The position numbers were made by a program, and so were the translations under genes. The notes beneath the pieces are model-generated. The model searched no databases and was not told where the DNA came from. It worked only from the letters and a program-made list of their open reading frames with translations. Positions 24,036 to 37,800 of a DNA stretch of 64,000 nt are shown piece after piece. Origin of the DNA: Epiperipatus broadwayi (lineage: Eukaryota > Animalia > Onychophora); NCBI GenBank assembly GCA_028023455.1, contig JAQFVV010000008.1, forward strand, positions 14,694,001 to 14,758,000, given 5' to 3'. The stretch's first letter is position 1; the number at the start of each line of letters is the position of its first letter.

Positions 24036-27000
24036 ATGAAAGTCAAAATAACAGCTTTTAATGTGCGGGGTTTGAACTCGGCAAACAAACTGCATCAACT
24101 TAGAGAATGGACCAAAATCACACAGACACATATATTGGGACTTCTGGAAACAAAAATATATAGTGGATCACAGATTGACCCAACAGTGCATCTTCGCACT
24201 GAAGGCTTCTTTGCATGCTCCAGGGACATGTCATCACCTGCGGGTGGAACTGGCCTACTAATAACCCCAGCTTGCCCATTCACATCATTCAGAATCATAT
24301 ATATCGATGCAAACTTGTTGATAGCTACATTTCATCACCATGCAAACACTCTCAACATAGTTTTCACCTACATCCCACCTGGAAACGTCATCATATCAAA
24401 CATAATACTCACCATCAATTCACTGCTAGCATCAACTCCTTACCCAACTATCATCATGGGAGATTTTAACATGAAGTACACAGATTTCATCTCAAAATGG
24501 CTGCATCAAATTGCAATACCACTCATGAGTGCTGAAGGTTTTTTACCACCAAACACAGTAACATTCCATAATAACCGACACACATCTTTAATTGACCTTT
24601 GCTTCTATTCACCAATGCTGCATCATTACTTCAGCCTCAAGCTCAATCCATCCCCATTCTCAGATCACTCTGCTCAAACTGCAACACTTGATCTAACTGA
24701 AATTCAGCCAACTACACTACCACTTGGGAAAACAATGAGAATTCTAATACCAGCATCCACTCCAGAATCCCTTTTTTCTGAAACATATATTATGCTCCAT
24801 AAACTTGCAGGACTACAACTAAGTGCTGTGCAGAGATATCAGGCATACATAAATATACTTTCATTCAATATTGACCATGTCACCAAAAAAAAACCTCCAC
24901 CCTCCAGGCTATTAGCTCTGGCAGATGAACTTCACAAGAGGATAACAATGTCTAAACCTACTCAAAATACATATCAGCATATATATAAGCTCACCCAGGC
25001 ATATAACAGCACATGTGCAGCACTTAAAGACTATTTAGCGATAAAAAAAAGCAAAATCTGCCTCAGTCAACAACATACATGGACTAGAGGCTACATCAGA
25101 TGGGCCATGGGTTTTCCCTCCACCATTAGAGTACCTATGGCACTTCAAATTGGAACAACTATACATGCAGCACATAACATGATTGAACCTATTTATAAGC
25201 ATTTCAAACAGAATCTTCAGACACATCAACTCTTCAACCCACCCCCCGATTATTTTGGATCACCTGAAACAAATACACCATTTACCATTAATGAATTTGC
25301 TTTGAAGCTTGCCACTCTGCCCAATGCCTGTCATCCAGGCACTCATGGCATACCAAAATTTGTGTACGAACACCTTAGCCATACAACTAATCAAGTATTA
25401 TGTAATCTTGCAAACTATCTCTCACAAAAAATATACAACATTGAAAATCTTTATCCAATTGCAATAGTACCATTTAATAAGAAACCAGCTCCAATAACCA
25501 CCCTTAATAATATTAGGCCTATCTCCATGTGCCCAATAGCCATCAAGATCATTGAGAAAGTCATTAAAGACAGGATTGAATCATATCTGCTCCCATTGAT
25601 TTCACCATATCAGTTTGCAAGAAAGCAATCATCTACAGGACAGGGCAGCACTTCTTTTCAAAGCTGTATTGGGATCGGTGCGAGGCCGGAAAAAATACAG
25701 CCCAGTTGCAGTTCAAATAGACATTGAATCAGCTTTTGATTCTGTGGCAATCGAGATATTAATTAAAATGTTGGCTGCCACTGCAATACCTCGCACTATT
25801 TTATATGTTATAACCAACTTGTTGTTAAATCGGGATATACATATTACACTCAGTGGCAAAAATTCTGAATCTTTTACTCCAACACAATCAATCTCACAAG
25901 GATCCCCCCTGAGTGCTTTACTTTTCACCTTTTACATCAACCCTCTATTAATAAAAATCCAGCAAACATTCATTGGCATCCAAATACCAAACACATCTCA
26001 GCAGGTAACATGTATCGCTTATATGGATGATATAACTGTCTTCCTCCCATCTAAAAAACACCTACCAGCCTTGCATACAATACTACAAGAATTTGCAGCT
26101 ACACACAAACTCAGGGTCAATCTAAATAAGACGGCAGTTTGGTCTCTTTATAATGCAAAGCAGTACACGGGCATGTATGGGGGAAAGCCATCTGCTTTCT
26201 TGGGATTTCCCTTTTATATGAGTGCAAGTGCAATGAGGGTCAAGATCCAGAACAAACTCAAAGAAGAAACAGAGCGAATTACTACTTCTCTCTCAAAGGC
26301 ATATCTTTCAATATACTCCAAGATCCAGCTATTTAACCAGCTAGCCATAACAAAAATCACCTATTACTCACCCATTATCACATTTTCTAAAGGTTTTATT
26401 AACAAAATCTCTTCTCTCTGTAATAAGCTCTTGTGGCAGAGGAAGACTGTGTCAATATCTGCAAAACAACTTACCAGACCACCTATTCACAATGGACTAG
26501 GACTTCATAGTATTTATATTTTCCATCTACAGAAGGCCACAAACTTAATAACATCCACAGTCAAACACTTTCCAATGCTTGAATGCCTACTTCAAATAAC
26601 ACCAACAGATAGACCACCCCCTGCTTATGACCAACTAGCATCAATGATCAATCATATAAAAACCACAGCTCCACAGATATCTCTTCAGACAATATACAAG
26701 CATTCATACTGGCAAATTTATTCATTAATCCATCCAAATCCAACCCATGACACCAATCTGACAATGCTGAAAATCAATAATCTACAATTACTCCGTAAGT
26801 TTAAAAAATGGTCACTGGAGCCAAAGTATTTTGATTTTTTGCTGAGACTAAACCTACAAGCACTGCCCACGACATATTTTCTGAGATATCGGAGACTATA
26901 CACTAACATTGATCCTTTTTGTCCCCTGTGTCACAGGGCTGAAGAAACACAGGAACATCTATTCTATCTTTGTCCGGCACTAGACAGAATTCGAGTTATT

Positions 27001-27273
27001 ATGATAGGAGCATATAGACAATCTAACACAACCCTTCAAACAATCATTAATTCATATTGCAAAGGCTCTATTCCATCAGTCCGTGCAGCCACTTTTATGC
27101 TTTATGCATACTGGTGCACTAGATGCACATTCACTCTAGGTAACAACACAAGGCGACATCCATCAACTTTCAATATCAAACTGGCAAAACTACGAGCCAG
27201 AGACAATAAAATTGCACATCCAGACATCTATGCAGCAACCTGGTCACTGATAACACAACAATCAAACCTCTAA
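24036..27273 (+). CDS. ORF2 APE endonuclease + reverse transcriptase + zf-RVT, split by one frameshift near 25638
   Basis: APE: FNVRGLN, LLETK, GDFN, LIDL, SDH. RT: IRPISM, DIESAFDSV, SQGSPLS, YMDD. C-terminus: CPLC..EETQEHLFYLC. The two ORF-track frames (24003-25727, 25615-27273) overlap. Confidence 0.88.
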
Positions 27274-27743
27274 GATGGCTCCCAATAACCAAAATCTATG
27301 CCCTCAACCAATATATATATATATAAAAAAAATGTGGCAATTATCTACAAATAAAAAAACAGAATGTTGTCTTTGATTGCATAATATTAATATAAAGGAC
27401 AGTAACAACAAAATCAGACCTCAAATACTGGAAAGCAAACTAAACCCAGCATGGCAATATACATCAAAGTTGAAGTTTTGCAAATTGAACAATGATAACC
27501 CAAGACTTTGGAGAACTATGATTACAGCAAGCAGCACTCATAAATGTAACGTATACATATGTATTTTCACCCCCCCCTAACAATGTTTAAATATCTTTCC
27601 CTCCTAAGTTAAGTTCCTTTTTTGTACATCACAGATACCAACTTAAACTTGGTTTACTCACTAGCAATGTAAATATATGTATACGAAGTGTCTTATAGCA
27701 AATGTAACTCTATGGTTATCAATAAAGTTCTTTTCTTTGAAAC

Positions 27744-27916
<173 letters not shown>

Positions 27917-27917
27917 T

Positions 27918-28400
27918 ATTATTATTATTAAAGAAGTCATTCAAAAATTGCTTCTAGAAGAAGCAGCAAAATTACACTAGAGAATAAAAAGTTTGAAAGA
28001 GACCAACAATTCAAATTAAAGATTTTACATATTTCAAACTAGATAAGTTTAAAATCATTTCCCCTGCTGACAAAAATAATGCTATAATTATAATGAAAAC
28101 TACTGATTATAATAATAAATATGAGAGCGCCTCCTAGCGGATTAATACAAAAAGGTGGCAAGAAATTTCTATATTTGCTACAAAAATAAGGCAACAAGCC
28201 TTATTTAAAAAGCATTATAAAAACTTCAGAAAAAAGTGAATTAATAAAATAATTCAGCAAAATCCACATCTTTATAGTCTACCTAGGTTCTTACTCCTTT
28301 GGCATACAAGATACAATTAATTGTGAGGGATTCTAAACATTTTGTGGAATTAATCAAAAACTTAAAAATATAAAAATATCTTTAGGGAGTAAGAAACATT
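27918..28400 (+). pseudogene. Penelope-like ORF remnant, right part (pre-RT region)
   Basis: IIIIKEVIQKLLLEEAAKL, then PADKNNAIIIMKTTDYNNK (cf. PADKGN..VVM...DY..K), PHLYSLPR (cf. P.LYGLPK) and RDSKHFVELIKNL. Frameshifted. Confidence 0.7.
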
Positions 28401-28479
28401 TGCATCACTCTGTTATACTACTCTCTATATAAACTAAATAAAAAATAAGTTTTTGTCTAAAGTTATTTTCTTCTTTTGG

Positions 28480-28880
28480 GGCTTTAAATTGAACTACCAA
28501 TCTTTTGACTCCAAGTTCTGATGATACTTTATGCTTTGTTTTTTTCTTCTAATTATTCTTAGAATTTCTGCAATCTAGTCTTATTAGTGAGCAATTAAAG
28601 TTATTTTAGTCAAAGCTATTTTATTCAAGGTTATTTAGCAGCTTTTTATATTGGAATTAATATTTTTAAATCATTTACACAGTGTATATGTATATTGCTG
28701 AATATCTCTATCAACAATAGGTTTTTTTTGCCTGTGCTTCTGTATTTATGCAGAATAGTTTAATGGATACTAGTGGATTTTTCTACTAATAATGTTTCTT
28801 TTTAAGACTTCTTCAATATGTATGCAAATCAGCCTCATATATAGATAACCTTATACAAATATCTTGAGGTTAGGGTTAGC
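28480..28880 (-). pseudogene. Possible Penelope-like RT thumb remnant in opposite orientation
   Basis: Minus-strand IISRKSTSIH resembles VYRKPTHT. Otherwise very decayed. Confidence 0.35.
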
Positions 28881-30501
28881 ACAGATAATGAAATTCATGG
28901 ACAGTAGTAAACCATATATAATATGCATTTTAATTCACACATAAAAATAGATGTATGTTTGCATAAAATCTATATATGTTGAAAATGTTTATAATATATA
29001 TGCAACCTTATATATATGTAACCTTACGTATGTTGCAACTTTACATTTAGTCCATAAGATGTTTAATATAATAGTATTTTTTAAAAAAATATTCAAATAA
29101 ATATAACCTTGTAATAAATAAACTTTACTATTTCTAATCTATGCAAAATCTTAACTTAGCACTCTAAAGTATTGATAAAATATCTTTGTTAAATATATTT
29201 GAATGATAATTGCTAAGAGAATATCAATTATTTGATTTAGTAGTTGTCAAGGTCAGAATTGCATATTAAATATGAATAAAAGTTAGTTTAAAGTGTAATA
29301 TGTTTTGAGTTGATTGTACTAAATAGAGTTTATTTTGCTATTGTTAAAATATTTATTAATCTGTGTTAAAATGCCTTTAAAATAAGAATTACTATAGCAA
29401 TAATTAATTCATTTGAAATTAGAATTTAATAGGTTAAGCTTAAGTAAAACTAGTTTGAAATAGGTTTGATCTTAAATGAGATTTAGTAAGTAAATTTAGT
29501 TTTTCTATCATTTAAAATATTAATTATTAATTTGCATTAAATTTCCTAGTTTCTTTAATTATGTCTAGTATATATGTGTGTGCAAATATTTGTGTGTGTG
29601 TTAAAAGAAGGAAGTTTAAAAAGAATTGTTTAGAAGTATTAATGACTTCTAAAAATAACTTATTTTATAAAAGGTATTTTAAATAGTTTAATGATAATCT
29701 CTTAAGAATTATTAAAGAGGTAAAATTTGTTTATTTTAAATAAAATATATTTGTTTTAAATTAAATAAATAATTTTTATTTAATAATTAAATAAAATTAA
29801 CAAAACCAATTATATTTTATTTAACTATCTAGATGTCATGAAGTTAAATTTATTGTTAGACATCTTAATTAGTAAAAGGTCAAGTCTATAAATACATGAT
29901 CTAATTAATCAAAAGGTTAAAGTTGTGCCAATTTTAAAAAATCTGCCCCAATATTAATTGATGATTGATTAAATAAAGTTATGTGACAAACTTTGCAATA
30001 AAAAGAACAAGCACACATATGTTTAAAAAGAAAAAACCAGGAAAAATAAAATTACTTCTTTTACTTTTTTTTACTTTTTACTTAATAATTTTTAAAGTTA
30101 TTTGTTTATTTTATTTTAAATACTTAGTATTTTATCAGTTAAATAATGTTAGGGTAGAAACCTACAAAGTCATTTAAGCAAGTCTATTCTGCCTATACAT
30201 GTTTACCTGCCTGTATATAACATCTCATTGAAAAATGAAAAAAGTTGTATTGTTACAAAGGAAATTCCAGAATGATCTGAAAATGAAATCTACTGGAGAC
30301 TCCTAAGCAGAAAGGTTATATGTATGTTTATTTCCCATCTCTATAGAGATTTAGCCAATACAGAAAATTTTCTGTTAAACCATTTTATTAACACTTCATT
30401 ATTTAAAGTTTTAATTAGTTATATTTATGTTAATTACCATTATTAATGATATTGCCTTTTACATTTTGTTAAATATCTTGCTTTAGAAAAAAAATAATTT
30501 A

Positions 30502-31589
30502 GGTACTGGTTGATTAGACATGCACACCACTTGATGCCATTGTTTATGTGCTAAAACACATAAAAATGCTGTTTACACAGCCCAAAGTTTATGGCCTAAA
30601 GAACAGTGATGTTCATATTAGCCATTATGGACCTATATTGCCTTGCACACAAATATTACAATCCACTGATGTGCTTCATGGCACTGTGCACATGTGCACA
30701 TTTCACAGATCATTACAATATCATGTGAGAATGCATGGAATTCAACTGACCATAATTCTTGTAATCTGCATTCAAAGTAATGATCTTACACCCTACTTGA
30801 CATTGTATTATATATTAATAATTCTAAGCCTGTCATCATGCTTCCCTACACAGCTTGGAAGGTAAAAAAATTGCAAAAGTGTAGGGACAAGCACAATTTC
30901 ACAGAATTCACGTGAAAAGACACATTTGCATGAGAACAGCTATGAGACAATTAAATGGCTGAGATTTCACATTGCTTTGGAAATCAGAAGCTTGGTTTGA
31001 TCAGATCAAAAACAACAGTCTCTGGTCCTGCACATTCCAGTGCTATGCGCTGACATTTATAATGTAATTATTCAATTTCAGAAAAATTAATTCTTACCTT
31101 TTATAAAATAATGTTGGTTCATAAATTGTTTACAAATACTTTGCAGAATGTTGGCCTGTAATGTTTATAATAGTATCTTTTTTTCAGATAAAGAGCAGCT
31201 ATGAGACAACTAAAATTGCACATTGTTTTGGAAAATCATAATGTTGGTTTGATCAGAATACTGCATCTTTTGGATGATCCTTTGGATTTGCAAAACCATC
31301 AGTCCCCAGCCCCACATATTTCAGCACTATGCGCTGACATTTACAATGTAATTTAAAACTGTAAGTATTCCATTTTAGAAAATAATGTTAATTTGTAACT
31401 TGTTTAAAACTAGTTTGAAAAATGTCAACCCATGCTGAAATGTATAATGTAATTTAAAAATGTAATTATTCCATTTTAGAAAATAATGTTGTTTTACAAT
31501 GAAAAGTTGGGCCGATAAATGGCATTTTTATGTGTTTTAGCACATAAACAATGCCATCAAGTGTTGTGCGTGTCTAATCAACCAGTACC
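30502..31589. mobile_element. Non-autonomous DNA transposon, probably Merlin superfamily
   Basis: ~87-bp TIRs starting GGTACTGG (3 mismatches in the first ~68 bp). 8-bp TSD ATAATTTA at 30494-30501 and 31590-31597. Internal direct repeat ~30931-31075 / ~31192-31355. GGNRM ends with an 8-bp TSD fit Merlin. Confidence 0.7.
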
Positions 31590-31924
31590 ATAATTTATAT
31601 ATGGACAATTTAATAACTGAAATTAATCAATATTATTATACCAGGAGGTATTTTTAAGAATTATTACATCTTTATTAGCCACATAAATGCAATAATGAAT
31701 TCATTTAAAGTTATCACTAGTTTAAAAGACAAAAGAAAATACAGTCATTAAATTTTTTAATATAATTATGATAAAAGATGTTATCTGGATTAATTTTCTT
31801 AATATCTTGGAAAAGACATTATATATCCATATTACCTCCAAGGCAAATAAAATGATATCTTAAACCTTATTATAATTCATTCATTCATAATTCATCTATT
31901 CATTTATTATATATACAAAGACAG

Positions 31925-32118
31925 AAACTTTATTAAGAGCAAAGCTTTATTAGCAATAAAAATACTGTAGTGCTTAGCATGTTTTCGACAGATAATTGTC
32001 ATAAACATAGCAATGCTTGTTACACATATTGCTATGTTTATGACAATTATCTGTGGAAAGCATGCTAAACACTACAGTAATTTTTATTGCTAATAAAGCT
32101 TTGCTCTTAATAAAGTTT
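31925..32118. repeat. Near-perfect hairpin (~90-bp arms, 13-nt loop), MITE-like
   Basis: 31925-32014 pairs with 32028-32118 with few mismatches. TA-rich flanks. Confidence 0.85.
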
Positions 32119-34605
32119 TTGTGTGTATATATATTATCTTCACAAAGATAAAGCATTTATTAAATTCAAAGTATATTTTATTGCTCTACATAAAAAAAAA
32201 GATAATTTGAATTTGCTTCATGTTTTAATATTGACAAAATAATGATCTCAATTTTATTATGGCATGGTTTGTGATCTGTTTATTTTTAATTCTGCTGTAT
32301 ATGCTCTCTGCTCATCACCATTTAAAAATTAAAATTGCAGTCAATGTTTTTCAAGAAACCTCTGCTTTCAAATGTTTATTTGTTCATTTGTTTCCTCTTC
32401 ATTAATAAAACTGCTGCTTTATTTTTTGTGAAATGGAACAACAAAATAATTCCTCAGTGAAAGAGGATTATTATCATTTTAAATAATGAAAGAACTTTCA
32501 ACTTTCAATTTAGTTAAATGGGACAAAACAAGTGTAATGTAAATTTATTGTTTTATGAAATTGATATAAGCTTAATATTATTGTATTATTACAGTTATAT
32601 TATTCATGCATTTCTAATTATTATTTTATATGCTGTATATTATAAAGTATATTTATAATAATTTACATGTCTTAAAGGGATTTGGAAAGAAAAAAAATAT
32701 CCAGGTAAAAAGTTTTTTTTAAAGTTGTAAATTATTAAAAGTTCTCAGACTTTATATCCTGATTATAATAAAATGTATTACTGAGCACAAAGTGAAACAG
32801 CTTTCTATATTTGATATGTATATGAATGGAATGTTTGGCAGTCAGTATACGAGTCAAGCTAGTTTATAAAAGTCTTAATATTTGATATTCTTTTGCAATT
32901 ATAGTGCATTGTTTCAAATATACTTTTAAATCAAATATATGCGTTATTATACATATGAGTATATGTGTGAGTTACCTTTCATTCATTATTAACAAATTCT
33001 GCCTTGTTCATTTATCAATTGATAAGCTTCTGGCGAGAGGTATCAATTTTGGCACTTTATGTGGATGGTTGCCATTACAGTCATATTTGTTAAACCCCTC
33101 CATTTGAGTGTATGTGGCTTCCTTGCTTTGGCACTGACAGGTTGAATTATAGGGTGTTATTTATTTATTTCTCATCATGCATTTGCCTTTAGCTTTATGT
33201 TCGTATGAGTGTATTTTATTCTGCAAGAACATTTAAGGTGTGCCCATTTATGCAATTGTTTTCTACTACAATTTTATTTTAAAGATGTTGGTTTATTGTT
33301 AGTATTGAGATCTTTTATTACTTCACCCCTTATATATGCATTAATAAAATTAAACCTGTATAATTATTTTTGCATAGTATCTAAATATCTTTGGAATATC
33401 ATTAGAGTTATGTGTCCACACTGATTTTTAAGCATCACTGATATTGTAGGTTTTAATATCATCTTTAGTGACTGTGTATAGGCATATATATCTGATATTC
33501 TGTGTACATAATAGCTAGATAGTTAGTATCTTAAATAAAAGTGTATGAACTTTTTAAAATATAATGTAAATGCCATAATTATAATTTTACAATGATTTAT
33601 TCAAAAGGGTATATGTTTTATTTTAATTTCAGACAAATGTTTATGCCAATGGTAATCTGTAATATTAAAGTTACTACCTCTTATACATATCTTTTATTGT
33701 ATTAAAATATTATTATATTGTAAATAAATATTTTATTATTCATTAAATACATTTGTGTCTTCACTGCCATCATAATATCCATTTATTCAGAAAATTTAAT
33801 TTTTTAAAATTATATTAAACCTTATGGTGGTTGAGAGCATTTCAAAAGTCACATGAAATTTGCTTATTCAATTTATTTGTCATTTATTTAACACTTGCAT
33901 TATTTTAAAATAAATATGCTGATATATCCTTGTTACAAGTATGCTTAATGATATAGTAGGTAATATAAAAATATCCTTTCTACCTGCTGCATTTTTTTAT
34001 TTTTTACTACTTGGTACAAATTTATAGATGGAGATATTAGAATAAGATGTATTTATAGATTTATGAAGATGAATATTCATATAAGAAGAATTTTAAATAT
34101 TTGAAGAGTGTTTTATTGCTAGTCATATGCTTATCTGAAGTATTCAGATATTTAAATATTATATATTTTCACTTTTTCATTCATATTAGAACGTAAGATA
34201 AAAGATTACAGAATTACAAGAAGAAAATAAAATATTTAGTATATAAGGATGTGAATGGTTATTGCATTTAATAATATTCAAGTGTTTAGCACAATAATTA
34301 TTTCTTGTACCAAGTACAAACATAAACTCTGAGATGTAGATAAAGTAAGAACCCAAAATATGTGGATTTAAATTTAATAAGAACCTGAGATTTCAATAAG
34401 ATCCTTAGATAAGATTTTAATAAAAACCTGAGATTTAAGTATTTGTGTTTATATTATATTAGATTTTGTCTATAAGAGGACTCAAACTCTATGGTGTCTA
34501 ATATCCATAGTCATTATGGTGCTGATCAGTATGATCACTCATTGGATGGTTACAATATATATATAGTAATCCTCTACATCCCAAATTTACAATATATATA
34601 TATAT

Positions 34606-34772
34606 TGTAACCCCTACATCCCAAGTTTAAGCAACATTAGCATGAAAACAGGACATATAATACAGTATAAATAAAATAAAACAGAGTAAACATAAATATA
34701 AAAACAGAGTGGGTTGGCTATGATGAGCCTGAGCATGAGTATATGAATAGAGCATGAATAGGAGAGGTTACA
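34606..34772. mobile_element. Short LTR-like segment (167 bp)
   Basis: Ends TGTAACCCCT...AGAGGTTACA. Preceded by partial repeats of its end separated by (TA)n. No TSD seen. Confidence 0.35.
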
Positions 34773-34873
34773 GTGCACTAAATATATTAACAGTATATTA
34801 AAATGATAAAAAATCAAGTCAGATGTCACATAACTTAATTTTAATAAAGCTCGTATTTACAAATGTTATATAT

Positions 34874-35181
34874 CTAGAGCTTGCAAAACAAGCTCTTAAC
34901 AAGCTTTGAGAATATTCTCAACCCCAGACCAGTTTCTGCTTCTGTCATCATCAGTGAGGTGCCATGATATTTATTAGATTAAAAATACTAGGACAAGCCC
35001 AGCACTTTATCTAATGTATTGAGAAGAAAATCTAAAATCTTCAGCTATCCATATTGTCTAAAAATCCATCTATCTAACTCAAATAGCCATATGGGACTAA
35101 ACTAAGTTCAGATACACAATATATTAATAGCTTTAGCAATATAAAATCACCAAAGCCTTAATAGCAAAAAAAAAAAAAAAA
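34874..35181 (-). mobile_element. Diverged hammerhead-family copy between 69-bp direct repeats
   Basis: Minus-strand tctgaacttagtttagtcccatatggctat resembles family tactgaactgggttcagacccatatgactat. Direct repeats at 34805-34873 and 35182-35250 (4 mismatches). Confidence 0.65.
34922..34959 (-). ncRNA. Type I hammerhead ribozyme motif (weak stem II)
   Basis: Minus strand: cctca-CTGATGA-tgacagaagca-GAAAC-tg-GTC-tgggg. Confidence 0.65.
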
Positions 35182-35299
35182 GATAAAAAATCAAGTCAGA
35201 TGTCCTATGACTTAATTTTAATAAAACTCGTATTTACAAATGTTATATATATTAATCTTAAATCCCTTACATTCTAACATTACATAAAACATACCGATT

Positions 35300-37800
35300 A
35301 AGATAACTCTCAATACATGAAAGATAATAATATGAAGAGACATATGTTTAACTTGCAATTATATGAGATGACTAATAATCAAAAAGATATCTGCCTAGAG
35401 AATGATCATGAAATTAGCAGAATAAAATAAATGACAAATGAATAAAGATGTAGAAGATTAAAAAGAGAAATGGTGAGCAAATAATAATTAACTAATATAA
35501 ATGAATAATGATAGTTCTAAGAATAAGAAAAAGAGAAAGGAAATGTGTTAAAGTAATGAATAATTAATTTTGTAATGAAATAGGGATCAATGAAGAATGA
35601 ATAAATTATGCTGTTGTAATAAAATGAGATGATGATGAAACTAAAAGAAAATAAAGATATGGGTGAATTATTGCAACAATGTTAGTGATGATAAATGGGA
35701 TCCTGAAATACTAATATGATGCTACTAAAGCAAAAGCAAAGAGTTCTAAGTTTAAATAGTTAAAGAAAAGGTTTTAAATCTTTGGGATTTTAATTAATCA
35801 ATAAAAACAATAAGGGTAAAGATAAGAGACTAAGGTAATGTATACCAAGTAACTTAAGAAATAAAATCTAACAAACGAAATCAAAGTTTAAAATTATTAA
35901 TCAACAATTTCTCAGGGATTATATGATTTTAGAATTTAACAATTTCATAATGTATATCTGGATCAGTGAGAGGGATTTTACTGCTATCCAAATATAAAAA
36001 AGTAAGATAAATTATATTACAAAAGGGGAATTACTAAATGATATTTAATTCCTTTCATTAATAATAATAAAGACAAACTCTAAACTTTATAATAACACAA
36101 CTTATCATAATAACAATATAAACATAACAGTCATGTTAACCATTAAATAATCTTAAAATATTTTAATCACAATTACAACAATAATAATGGGATAATAAGA
36201 ACATCATCTAAGAATAATTTTAAATTGATCTCTTTGATAAGTACAACTAAGTTTAGTGAATGATTGTATCTTACAATTTATTAGAATATTATTATTTAAA
36301 ATCAAATATTTAGTTTTTAAGATATTTTAAAATAGCATTTCTGCATCAACAATATTTTAATCAGTCAATAGTATAATTTTATATGCTCTAAATATAAGAG
36401 TTTAGTAAATTTTATTATTAATGATATGCTGTACATGTAATAAAATTAATCATATTGAGTAATGTTGATGGTGATAGTGGTGGTGATAGCAATAATAATA
36501 ATAATATGAATAGTGTTTAGCAATAAGATTACTGATAACTTAATAAATTTCAAAAACAAATTTTATTTATAATTAATATTTACACATTCAAATATATATA
36601 TATCATTTATCAAATTCATAAAAGGAAATTACATAGAAAAAAATATATACTTTATTAGCATGACACTAATACTAACATGAGAATATATTCTTAAATCAAA
36701 ATTATGATACCTTAATACATTTTACAATATTATTATTATTATTATTATTTACACTTATTCCTTTAATTTACACTTTTCTAACTTATTACAAATCTACTAA
36801 ACTTTATTTACCGCATAATATAGGTTTATTAAATTTATATTTTGATATAAGTATGACAATCACAAGGTTACTATTAAATAAATAGTAGGCAGGCAATACT
36901 TAATACTAGGCACTTGTAAGATAACAAATATTTCTCAAGGCTTTGATAATTATGCTTATTTTACTATATTAAGAAGATTATGTAACTTCCTAATTCTATT
37001 TATCCAAAATATTGGACAGATAATATTATTCTAATCTATTTAAAATCAGCATCACTGTAAATCTACATTTGGTCATAATATCATATTATGAAACTTTTCT
37101 ATAACATTATTGAAAATTTTGGTTTACTAATACTTAACTAAGAATAGCAAATAATAAATACAGTATGTATATTTGAGATCACTTTGAACTGACAATAAAC
37201 TAGGTACAATAATATAGTACTATAAACTAATACTTAACAGGGACATTACTATTTGGTATCATCATTTGTCTGATGCTGACATGGTTCACAGATCTAATTC
37301 ATACCCTCTCAATGATGATTTAAGTGTCACTAAATATTAAACCATCAAGAATTAATGAGGTGAAATTTAATGCCATATGCAATATATCCATAAGTATAAC
37401 AGTTCTGAGCCAAGGCAGGTAAGAAAATAAGTAATATAGACCATGGTCATATCTGATTATCGATTCTCTGCTATCATGGTGGCATTATTTGAAACACCTA
37501 TAGGGATCTGAGGAGAAAGGGTTAATTAATCTCTTATTTAAGAAAATGCACAAAAATTCTTTGTAACAATATAGGTCTTAATTAGCTCAAAAGTACATGG
37601 ACATATTACATGATTTACTCATGATGATTTCCACTTTCATGCAGGGTGAAGAAAGAAGTACACCACATGTAAGATGATATGGATATAAAACAAATAACAA
37701 CATAATATCATAATTATCTAACACGGCAACAATCAAATCTCACAAATAAACAATGTCTACCTATTTATAAGTATGAACACCAACAAACAGAATATAATCA
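35300..37800 (+). pseudogene. Possible very old Gypsy-like gag-pol remnant
   Basis: Only weak motif echoes in plausible order (VYLDQ*EG protease-like ~35.96 kb; HAG*RK...MIWI integrase zinc-finger-like ~37.65 kb). Confidence 0.25.

Noticed and set aside
22173-26909. Many short antisense or alternate-frame ORFs over the Tx1 element
   Set aside because: Shadows of ORF1/ORF2 caused by strand-biased composition; no motifs.
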